Source: an uncultured Methanosarcinales archaeon (GTDB lineage: Archaea > Nanobdellota > Nanobdellia > Woesearchaeales > JAGLXL01). Taken from it: a DNA stretch of 64,000 bases. This document shows positions 46,516-53,460 of the stretch, piece by piece (the first letter of the stretch is position 1; the number at the start of each line of letters is the position of its first letter). The notes beneath the pieces were generated by a model that had not been told where the DNA came from, searched no databases, and worked only from the letters and a program-made list of their open reading frames with translations. Location: assembly GCA_964384425.1 (NCBI GenBank), contig CAYLKE010000003.1, forward strand, positions 26,147 through 90,146, given 5' to 3'. Position numbers and translations under genes: made by a program.

Positions 46516-47019
46516 TTATTCATTTTGTATGATATCTTCTGTTTTTTGAATAAAATCTAAAACTTGTTTTTCATATAAATTTATTAATTTATTTGTAAAA
46601 TATTTATCTGTTTGATAACTTGCATGGTGTCTATCTGATTTAAGATTTGTGTATAATTCTGCATCTTCTTTGTTAATGGATAAGTTATTAATCAAGTCAG
46701 CTTCTTTTTTTGTTATACTATATTCTTTTATTAAAATAAGGATTGTTGCATAATGATTTTTAGAAGAATAATTTTTATTAGTTATTAATGCTAAAGCTGA
46801 ATGATAAAGTGCATAATATAAAATAACAATAAGCCAATCATTGAAATTGCTTTGATTTTTGTTTATTTTATAGAAATTTATATTGTGCTTTGCTTTTTTT
46901 AAATATGATTTAACTAATTCATTGTTTTCGTCAATTTTAAGAATGTGTTTTTTCTTTATGAAAAATTGCAATTCTTTTTCTAAATATTTTTTATTAATAA
47001 ATAATTCTTCAATATCCAT
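46516..47019 (-). CDS. HEPN-domain protein (pair 3)
   Basis: YYALYHSALAL...SKNH...DRHHASY. Confidence 0.65.
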   Translation of the reverse strand: MDIEELFINKKYLEKELQFFIKKKHILKIDENNELVKSYLKKAKHNINFYKINKNQSNFNDWLIVILYYALYHSALALITNKNYSSKNHYATILILIKEYSITKKEADLINNLSINKEDAELYTNLKSDRHHASYQTDKYFTNKLINLYEKQVLDFIQKTEDIIQNE

Positions 47020-47581
47020 CTAAAAGCACCTCATAAAAATTCTGTTCTTTATATATTGGAAATCCTGTTTTTCTTGCTTGAATAATAACATCATCAATAT
47101 TTTTTATAAATTCACGAATATTATATTGAAAAATATTAATTGGGTAATTTGATATTAATTCTCCTTCTTTTTTATTTTTATTTATATTTATTTTTTTATG
47201 TGAGATTATTAATAAATCTATATCACTTCCTTCTCTTTCTTGTTTTCGTGATGCAGAACCAAAAAGAATTATTGTGTATATTCCTTTGTTTATGTTTTTT
47301 AGGAAGTTATTTAGTGGTATTCTTACTCCTCTGTTTAATTCTTGGAATTTTTTTATTGCTAGTTCAGAAAATTTCAATTCAAATAGTTTTTTATTTTTTA
47401 TTGTATAATAGGTATTTGATTTAGTTTTTTCTTTAGATAATATTTTATTTTTTATTAGTTTATTTAATGTATTAGTCAAAGAACTATCTGATAGTTTTGA
47501 AAGTTCTTTTATTTCATTAAAATATAATCTACTTTTTTTACTCTTGAAATATGCTTTATATACTTTTTCTTCAGGTCTCAT
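47009..47581 (-). CDS. wHTH + MNT nucleotidyltransferase (pair 3)
   Basis: LFGSASRKQEREGSDIDLLII. Palindromic TATA atttataaat at 47603..47612, 26 nt upstream of the ATG. Confidence 0.75.
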   Translation of the reverse strand: MRPEEKVYKAYFKSKKSRLYFNEIKELSKLSDSSLTNTLNKLIKNKILSKEKTKSNTYYTIKNKKLFELKFSELAIKKFQELNRGVRIPLNNFLKNINKGIYTIILFGSASRKQEREGSDIDLLIISHKKININKNKKEGELISNYPINIFQYNIREFIKNIDDVIIQARKTGFPIYKEQNFYEVLLDGY

Positions 47582-47611
47582 GTTATGTTAATAAAAGTCC
47601 TTATTTATAAA

Positions 47612-47707
47612 TGCTTCTGTTTTTGAAGTGATTGCTTCTGTTTTTGAAGTGTTAAGTTTAGTTTATATGTATTAAGTTTAGTTTATACATATTAAGTTTA
47701 GTTTATA
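47612..47707. repeat. Two sets of short tandem repeats upstream of the MNT promoter
   Basis: tgcttctgtttttgaagtg x2 (47612..47630 and 47633..47651). ttaagtttagtttata x3 with 20-nt period (47652, 47672, 47692). Confidence 0.85.
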
Positions 47708-47786
47708 CTAAAGTAAGCTCTGATTTTTGTAGACCACCATCTTAATATCTTGATTTTTCTTATGAATATATTTCAATTACAAAAAT

Positions 47787-48639
47787 TTAGTATAATTTAT
47801 TCAATATTGTTTTTGTGTTTTTATTAAGTTTTGAGAAAGCAAACCATTTCTTACCAAGATCCTTTAATGATGCACCTATATGATAAAGTTCTTTGTTATC
47901 TATTATCATAAATCTATCATGAGAATCTTTAAATTGTTTTATAGTTATTTTTGAATATTGGTTATTATGTTTTTCTAAATCTAGTTTTAGTTGTTTTGTT
48001 AATTCTTTAGTGTATATAATTACCTTAACATTTTTTTCTTTTTGTAAATAATGTTAGAACAGAATCATCAATGTAATTATCTATTAATATTATTTCTTTT
48101 TTAGCTGAACGAATTAAGTCTGAAATGAAAATATGTGCATCAAATACTTGTCCATTAAAGAATACTCCTTTTGATGGTTTGATATCTTTGCTTTCAATCG
48201 CTTTGAAAACTTTTTCAAACTTTTGATCATGTTCTAGTTGTTTATGTTCTATTTTATCTAATCTTTGATAAGTTAAAAGATTAGATGAAATCATCTTTTT
48301 TATATGAACAAAAGCACGAATTATAAGAATATTGACACTAATAGCTGTTTCACTATTTAAAACACCTGAAAGCATTGCAACACCATGTTCTGTAAATGCG
48401 TAAGGAAAACTAGTTGAATGTTTCAAGTTTTTGAACCGGTCACAATTTGTGACCAGTTTGTTTTTTTCTTTTTCTGATAATTGAAACATGAAATCGTTTG
48501 GAAATCTTATAAGGTTTCTTTTAACAGCCTGATTTAACACTTTAGTGCTTACTCCATATAACTCAGCTAAATCCCCATCTAACATAACTTGTTTTCCTCT
48601 AATTGTTTGGATTTTATTTTTAATAGTTATTTCATTCAT
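47787..48639 (-). pseudogene. ORF6N-domain DNA-binding protein gene, frameshifted in a poly-A run near 48025..48035
   Basis: The track ORF 48025..48639 ends ...LFTKRKKC*. A shifted frame continues KNVKVIIYTKELTKQLKLDLEKHNNQYSKITIKQFKDSHDRFMIIDNKELYHIGASLKDLGKKWFAFSK...*, the expected C-terminal half. Confidence 0.6.
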
Positions 48640-48660
48640 ATAACTTAAAGTAGAAAATTA

Positions 48661-48815
48661 ATTTATAAATTTCTCGCTAGTGGTTGTCCAGTGTGTCCAG
48701 TGGAAAGGTTTCCGATTAGTTGTTAGAAGTGCTTTTAAAAAATATTTTTTTAATTAGTTATATGAAGATAAAAGAGATGTGTGTAAGGGAGAGGCCTAGA
48801 GAGAGGTTGAGGAAA
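48661..48815. repeat. Junction repeat A, copy 3, including an 18-codon radC 5' fragment (48762..48815)
   Basis: atttataaatttctcgctagtggttgtccagtgtgtccagtggaaaggtttccgattagttgttagaagtg..., then atgaagataaaagagatgtgtgtaagggagaggcctagagagaggttgaggaaa (MKIKEMCVRERPRERLRK). Homology to radC stops there. Confidence 0.85.
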
Positions 48816-48853
48816 TTTATCATTTTGTCTGAGCCAACAAAATGCCTTATTAT

Positions 48854-49291
48854 TTAATCATTAGTAATTTTCTTATATATTTTATTTGTAAAATCCATTG
48901 CTTTTTCTGCATATTCTTTATCTAAAATAGTTCCATAATATAACATTCCATTTCTAAAATATCTTAATTGATCAGTAAATTGTACGTCTTTTTCATTAAA
49001 TCCTAAAATCCTCATATATGAAACCTCTGCTTCATGCGCTCCATGTCCAGAAGAATTATATCCTTTCAATAACATCTTGGCTCTTATAGACTCCATAATA
49101 ACATCATAACAAGATTTAACAATATCATTTGCATTTTCTTCATCAATACCAAATACTTTTATTTTTTTAAGTAAAAAATTATAAGATTTTTCTGATTCTT
49201 TTATAAGAAATTCTGCTCTTGATTTATCAGGAGATTGTTTTTTTACAATACCTTCTTCTATGAATTCTTTAAATTGCTTTATTGCTTTCAT
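48854..49291 (-). CDS. HEPN-domain protein (pair 4)
   Basis: Helical 145-aa protein whose ATG overlaps the stop of the MNT gene (ATGA). RYFRNGMLYYG motif region. Confidence 0.55.
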   Translation of the reverse strand: MKAIKQFKEFIEEGIVKKQSPDKSRAEFLIKESEKSYNFLLKKIKVFGIDEENANDIVKSCYDVIMESIRAKMLLKGYNSSGHGAHEAEVSYMRILGFNEKDVQFTDQLRYFRNGMLYYGTILDKEYAEKAMDFTNKIYKKITND

Positions 49292-49845
49292 AATTCAAAT
49301 CCTCCAATAAGCACAATCCCATTTGCTAGATTTTCTTTTAGATTTTTATGTATTTTTTTAAATGATTCATAAAAGTTGATATTTATTTCTCTTTCTAATA
49401 ATTTTTCATATTTATTTAAATTCGTATCTTTTTCTTTTCTTCCTATAATTGCAATATCAATATCTGAATTTATTGTGTCTTCACCTCTTGCATAACTTCC
49501 AAAAAGAATAATTGTTGCTCCAGCATATTCTTTTTCTAAATAATCAACTAAATTAGATTCATATACTTGTAGAAGGTTATCAACTCTCTTTAATTGCATG
49601 ACTTCATGATTTTGTGTATTTAATGATATTGACCATCTTTTTGTTTCTTTGTCTTTGTTTAATTTGATAAGATTATTTTTTTCTAATAAAGGAATTGCTT
49701 TTATTATGGCTGGCTGAGAAACATTTAATGCTAGTGCTATCTGTCTTTGATTTAGAACAGAACCTGTTTTAATGAATAATAATCTCAAAATCTGATTCTG
49801 TAAAGATGTTAACTTAAGTTTATATATGTTTACCATTGTTAACAT
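49288..49845 (-). CDS. wHTH + MNT nucleotidyltransferase (pair 4)
   Basis: LFGSYARGEDTINSDIDIAII. tgttaac-type 10-nt periodic repeats span its start (49837..49863). Confidence 0.75.
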   Translation of the reverse strand: MLTMVNIYKLKLTSLQNQILRLLFIKTGSVLNQRQIALALNVSQPAIIKAIPLLEKNNLIKLNKDKETKRWSISLNTQNHEVMQLKRVDNLLQVYESNLVDYLEKEYAGATIILFGSYARGEDTINSDIDIAIIGRKEKDTNLNKYEKLLEREININFYESFKKIHKNLKENLANGIVLIGGFEL

Positions 49846-49890
49846 ATGTTAACTTATGTTAATATATAAATGTTTTGGTTTTTTGATTAA

Positions 49891-49964
49891 AAGAATTCCT
49901 GATGGTTGTTAGAAGTGTTTTTAAAAGAATTTTCTTAAGAAAAATCATGAAGATAAAAGATATG
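49891..49964. repeat. Junction repeat A, partial copy 4, with radC start remnant (ATG 49947)
   Basis: gaattcctgatggttgttagaagtgtttttaaaagaattttcttaagaaaaatcatgaagataaaagatatg. It lacks the ctcgctagt...ccagtgg half. Confidence 0.75.
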
Positions 49965-49972
49965 AATGAGAC

Positions 49973-50473
49973 TTAGATTTTTTGGAATTTCTCTCTTATA
50001 TTCTTTATTTGTTGAATATTTAAGTTGTTAGCATAAGCTAATATTTTAATATTAAATTCTTTTGCAGTTTTAATTCTTTCAGAACATTTTTCTTTATTTA
50101 TTGGTTCAGAATCAGTTACAGGTACATAATATTGATTATCTATTCTATCTGTTTTAAATTCTGAAAAAATGTCATGTAATTCATCTAATTCAAATATTTT
50201 TTTTATCAACTTTACTGCTGCTGAATGATTTTCACATTTTATTCCACATTTAAAAAATAATGACAATACAGAATTATATATTGAATAGTATGCTTCTGAA
50301 ACTGAATTTTCATAAATCCCTGCACTATATGCCAATTCAGCAACTTTTATACATTTATCACTTTTTATTAAATAAGATTTTGATATTTCTTCAGAAGGTT
50401 CAACTAATTCTAAAACTTCTTTTCTTTTTAATTTAGTCAAAAAACTTAATTTTTTCATAATATTTTTCTCCAC
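49973..50473 (-). CDS. HEPN-domain protein (pair 5)
   Basis: EAYYSIYNSVLSL...CENH...DRIDNQYY. Confidence 0.6.
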   Translation of the reverse strand: MEKNIMKKLSFLTKLKRKEVLELVEPSEEISKSYLIKSDKCIKVAELAYSAGIYENSVSEAYYSIYNSVLSLFFKCGIKCENHSAAVKLIKKIFELDELHDIFSEFKTDRIDNQYYVPVTDSEPINKEKCSERIKTAKEFNIKILAYANNLNIQQIKNIREKFQKI

Positions 50474-50984
50474 CTTTTAATATTACATGATTTTTTATTA
50501 TCTCTTTTATTAATAAATTATTTGGATTAAATTTTCCTATCTTTATACTTAGTGAGGGGTAGATCTCTTGTGTAGCTTTTTTTATTTTTTGACTTGTTGT
50601 ATCTATATAAATATCTATATCACTATCTTTTTTTTCTTTTCCTTTTGCATAGCTTCCAAATAAGATTATCATTGAATTAGAACTTTTAATTAATTGTTTA
50701 ACAATTGGCTCTAAAAAAGTGTGTTTTCTTAATAATCTTATTAATTTATAATTTTCAGCATTTAATAATAATGATTTTGAAATAATGTTTTTTTTAATAA
50801 AATAAACATGGTTTTTCCCTACTTTCCTATAATCTACTGCATTAATATCTCTTAATTCTTTTAATACAGATTGTATTCTAGTGAGAGAAGTATTAAGTAT
50901 TTTTGCAAGTTCTCTCTGATGCATCTCTGATTTTAATAGAGAAAGTAAAACTTCATATGTGTAATTGACTTTTATTTGTTTCAT
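50433..50984 (-). CDS. wHTH + MNT nucleotidyltransferase (pair 5)
   Basis: LFGSYAKGKEKKDSDIDIYID with an N-terminal wHTH (HQRELAKILNTSLTRIQSVLKEL). Confidence 0.75.
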   Translation of the reverse strand: MKQIKVNYTYEVLLSLLKSEMHQRELAKILNTSLTRIQSVLKELRDINAVDYRKVGKNHVYFIKKNIISKSLLLNAENYKLIRLLRKHTFLEPIVKQLIKSSNSMIILFGSYAKGKEKKDSDIDIYIDTTSQKIKKATQEIYPSLSIKIGKFNPNNLLIKEIIKNHVILKGGEKYYEKIKFFD

Positions 50985-51004
50985 ATGACTTTTAAATAAG
51001 TCAT

Positions 51005-51060
51005 AGTATTTAAATGTTTCTTTAATTTGATGTTTTGGGGTGTTGTTAGAAATTAGTATA
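51005..51060. repeat. Junction repeat A, partial copy (gttgttagaaatt variant) plus shared minus-strand promoter block
   Basis: agtatttaaatgtttctttaattt...gttgttagaaatt parallels 52418..52476. Confidence 0.6.
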
Positions 51061-51154
51061 ATTTATTTGATTGTTTAAAGTCACGTAATTTCAAATTATT
51101 AGTTTATATTTCAATTTATTAAATAATTATTTCTCTTTGATTAATTTCTTTTTT

Positions 51155-51598
51155 CTAAGAAAGTTCTGTTTCATAAGCAATTAATTTATTTCTAGCTTTG
51201 ATTCTCTCTTGTAATGAAATTCTTTCTTCTATTAATTCTTGTTTTCTTGTTTGAATAGCAAAATAAGACTGAGCAAATGATATCTCATCTTTTCTTGAAT
51301 CTCCATTTTGAGTAATTAAATAACATGCATATCTTGTAAGCATAATGTCTTGTATTTCTCTTTCTGCTCCAGAACCTAATTGGACCTTTTTGTCTGCTTC
51401 GACAAAATGGTCTAATATATCTACTCCTGAATTTTTACAAGATTCTTTAGCTTTTTTTATAACACCTAAAAACTTTCTCCATTCAACATAGCCCAATAAC
51501 TTTTGTAAATCTCTAGCAAACCAAAATTCAACTCCTTCTGTTTCATTAGAATGGTCTTCAAATAGCTTTTTGAGTTTTATTATTAATTCTTTGTTCAT
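51155..51598 (-). CDS. DinD-like (DNA-damage-inducible protein D family) N-terminal fragment
   Basis: WFARDLQKLLGY.EWRKF...AKESCKNSG..ILDHF....K.V..GSGA.R.I.DI.LTRYACYL..QNGD......AQSYFAIQTRKQEL closely parallels E. coli DinD. It stops at ~147 aa, whereas DinD is ~270 aa. Confidence 0.65.
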   Translation of the reverse strand: MNKELIIKLKKLFEDHSNETEGVEFWFARDLQKLLGYVEWRKFLGVIKKAKESCKNSGVDILDHFVEADKKVQLGSGAEREIQDIMLTRYACYLITQNGDSRKDEISFAQSYFAIQTRKQELIEERISLQERIKARNKLIAYETELS

Positions 51599-51618
51599 AT
51601 CAATTGTTAGTTATTATT

Positions 51619-51719
51619 CTTTATAAATTCCTCGCTAGTGGTTGTCCAGTGTGTCCAGTGGAAAGATTTCCGGATGATTGTTAGAAGTGTTTTTAAAAAA
51701 TATTTTTATAATTTTTTTA
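51619..51719. repeat. Junction repeat A, copy 5
   Basis: ctttataaattcctcgctagtggttgtccagtgtgtccagtggaaagatttccggatgattgttagaagtgtttttaaaaaatattttt..., ending at the PIN start codon. Its TATA is centred 26 nt from the ATG of the minus-strand DinD fragment. Confidence 0.85.
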
Positions 51720-52139
51720 ATGAAATATTATTTAGATACTTGTATTTGGAGAGATCATTATGAAAATAGAATTGGTTTTAATGGAAGACCGTTAGGAGAC
51801 TATGCTACTAAGCTTTTTTCTAAAATTATGAAAAATAAAGATATTGTTTTATTTTCATCGTTTATTAACTCTGAATTAAAAATAAAATATAATCAAAAAG
51901 AAATTAATGACATGATCAAAATTTTATCTTTAATAAAAATTCTTAAATATGTAAAAATTAATCAGAATAATATTGATGAAGCAAAATTATTATCAAAAGA
52001 AAGAAGAATACCTATGGGTGATGCTTTACATGCTATTTTAGCTAGAAATAATAAAGCAGTTCTTATTACTCAAGATATGAAAGATTATAATAAATTAAGA
52101 GATATTGCAATTATTAAAAAACCAGAAGAAATAATCTAA
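51720..52139 (+). CDS. PIN-domain (VapC-like) nuclease
   Basis: YYLDTCIW (Asp1), GDALHA, LITQD. Start set at the ATG at 51720. Confidence 0.65.
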   Translation: MKYYLDTCIWRDHYENRIGFNGRPLGDYATKLFSKIMKNKDIVLFSSFINSELKIKYNQKEINDMIKILSLIKILKYVKINQNNIDEAKLLSKERRIPMGDALHAILARNNKAVLITQDMKDYNKLRDIAIIKKPEEII

Positions 52140-52399
52140 AGTTTCCACCCATTTTCTTTTGCTAATTCTATTAATGCTTGTTCTCTTATTTGTTTTCTTT
52201 CTTTATTAGTTGTTTTAATTTTGGATTTTCCTTTAAAACTCATAAATTTATTGATTAGTTCTTCTCTAGTTAAGTTTTCAAGTTTATCTCTTATTGCATC
52301 TCTAATAAATTCAGTTCTAGTGCTAAAATTATGTTTTTTAAGAGTATTATCTACATTATTTAACATATTTTCATCAATTTTTAAGCTTATTGTTTCCAT
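52136..52399 (-). CDS. Ribbon-helix-helix (CopG-like) protein
   Basis: ISLKIDENMLNNVDNTLKKHNFSTRTEFIRDAIRDKL. Convergent with the PIN gene, with overlapping 3' ends. Confidence 0.6.
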   Translation of the reverse strand: METISLKIDENMLNNVDNTLKKHNFSTRTEFIRDAIRDKLENLTREELINKFMSFKGKSKIKTTNKERKQIREQALIELAKENGWKL

Positions 52400-52417
52400 A
52401 ATACTTAGTAATACAAA

Positions 52418-52493
52418 GTATTATTTAAATATTTCTTTAATTTAAATGGAATGTTTCCGGATGATTGTTAGAAATTATAATATTTCTTAAGAG
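52418..52493. repeat. Junction repeat A, partial copy 6
   Basis: agtattatttaaatatttctttaattt + tggaatgtttccggatgattgttagaaattataatatttcttaagag. Confidence 0.7.
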
Positions 52494-52693
52494 TAGTAGA
52501 TTAATAAAATATTTTAAGAAAATAATTCAGATACTGATAAGTGAATATATTATTTTAAATATTTCAAGATTATTGTGCTATTTGGTGAGATTGGTTTACA
52601 TTATTATGTTGATGATTGTGGAAATGTTTGTGTTAAGAGATGAAGATTGAGTTTAACTGGAATTGAAACTATTTTATGGATTTTAGGTGTGTT

Positions 52694-52825
52694 ATGAAAA
52701 AATTAAAAGATTATTTAATGGATAAGGAAGATTTTATTGAAGTAATAAAATGGGTTTTTTATGTATTAATATTTTCATTTGCACTTGCATTAATCTTTGA
52801 AGGAGTACAATATTTGTTAAAATGA
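52694..52825 (+). CDS. 43-aa single-TM small protein
   Basis: Hand-found: MKKLKDYLMDKEDFIEVIKWVFYVLIFSFALALIFEGVQYLLK. Its stop overlaps the next ATG (ATGA). Confidence 0.35.
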   Translation: MKKLKDYLMDKEDFIEVIKWVFYVLIFSFALALIFEGVQYLLK

Positions 52826-53094
52826 TTAGAACTAAGAAAAAAGAAACAAAAGCAATTCTGTTTTTTAATGGATTTATGATCTTATTGATGTTTGTAATGT
52901 TCATAACAGGTGTATTAAGTAAAGTTAATTTTTATTTTATAACAATAATCTTTGTATCTTTGATAATAATTTTAATATCTTTGTTGAATATTAATAAAAT
53001 CAATAAATGGATGTTGTGGCATTGGGATGATATTACATTTGTTGCTTGGTTGTGTGTTTCTGGATATTTATTTTTGAAAGCTAGAGGAGTTTGA
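52822..53094 (+). CDS. Small membrane protein (3 predicted TM)
   Basis: Hydrophobic segments ILFFNGFMILLMFVMFITGV, FYFITIIFVSLIIILISLL and FVAWLCVSGYLF. Confidence 0.4.
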   Translation: MIRTKKKETKAILFFNGFMILLMFVMFITGVLSKVNFYFITIIFVSLIIILISLLNINKINKWMLWHWDDITFVAWLCVSGYLFLKARGV

Positions 53095-53205
53095 GAGGTT
53101 TGAGAATAAAAGAATAGTTGTTTTGAATCTAAAATAGGTGGGGTGTTGTTGAGAGGGTTGTTGAGAGGGGATGGACGAGTTAAATTTTTCTTTTATTTAT
53201 TTTAA
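53086..53205 (+). pseudogene. Decayed radC 3' end plus its downstream T-rich tail
   Basis: gtttgagaggtttgagaataaaagaatag ... ggggatggacgagttaaatttttcttttatttatttt parallels radC 46424..46526 (gttggagaggttgttggaataaaagtactag ... tgggatggatgagttatgttttttcttttattcatttt). Contains stops. Confidence 0.6.
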
Positions 53206-53212
53206 AGGATTT

Positions 53213-53401
53213 TTAATTTGAGATTAAATCAATATATTTCTTACATGTTTTTTCATTATTATATTTTTTTACAATCTTTTTATTTCCATATAATTTTGAA
53301 TCATCTAAAGCAACAACAAAAAAAGAATTTTTATCTAGTATCACCTTCCAAAGCCCATCATCTTCATCTAAAAAATATTTATAACCTTTATATTTTTTCA
53401 T
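53213..53401 (-). CDS. Hypothetical small protein
   Basis: 62-aa ORF with no motif. Confidence 0.3.
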   Translation of the reverse strand: MKKYKGYKYFLDEDDGLWKVILDKNSFFVVALDDSKLYGNKKIVKKYNNEKTCKKYIDLISN

Positions 53402-53460
53402 ATTATAATTATTAACAAGTATTTAATAAGAATTACTATAATAAAATCGGAAATAATTCG

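Noticed and set aside
44003-52493. CRISPR array hypothesis for the recurring ~100-nt repeat
   Set aside because: Repeat spacing is 0.6-3 kb and the intervals contain full genes. The repeats are too long and too far apart, and no cas genes are present.
44003-52493. Canonical integron attC sites (R'' RYYYAAC ... R' GTTRRRY)
   Set aside because: GTTAGAA in the repeat is only a near-match to GTTRRRY (last base A). I could find no inverted RYYYAAC partner and no extended imperfect palindrome. The integron-like interpretation is therefore kept as analogy only.
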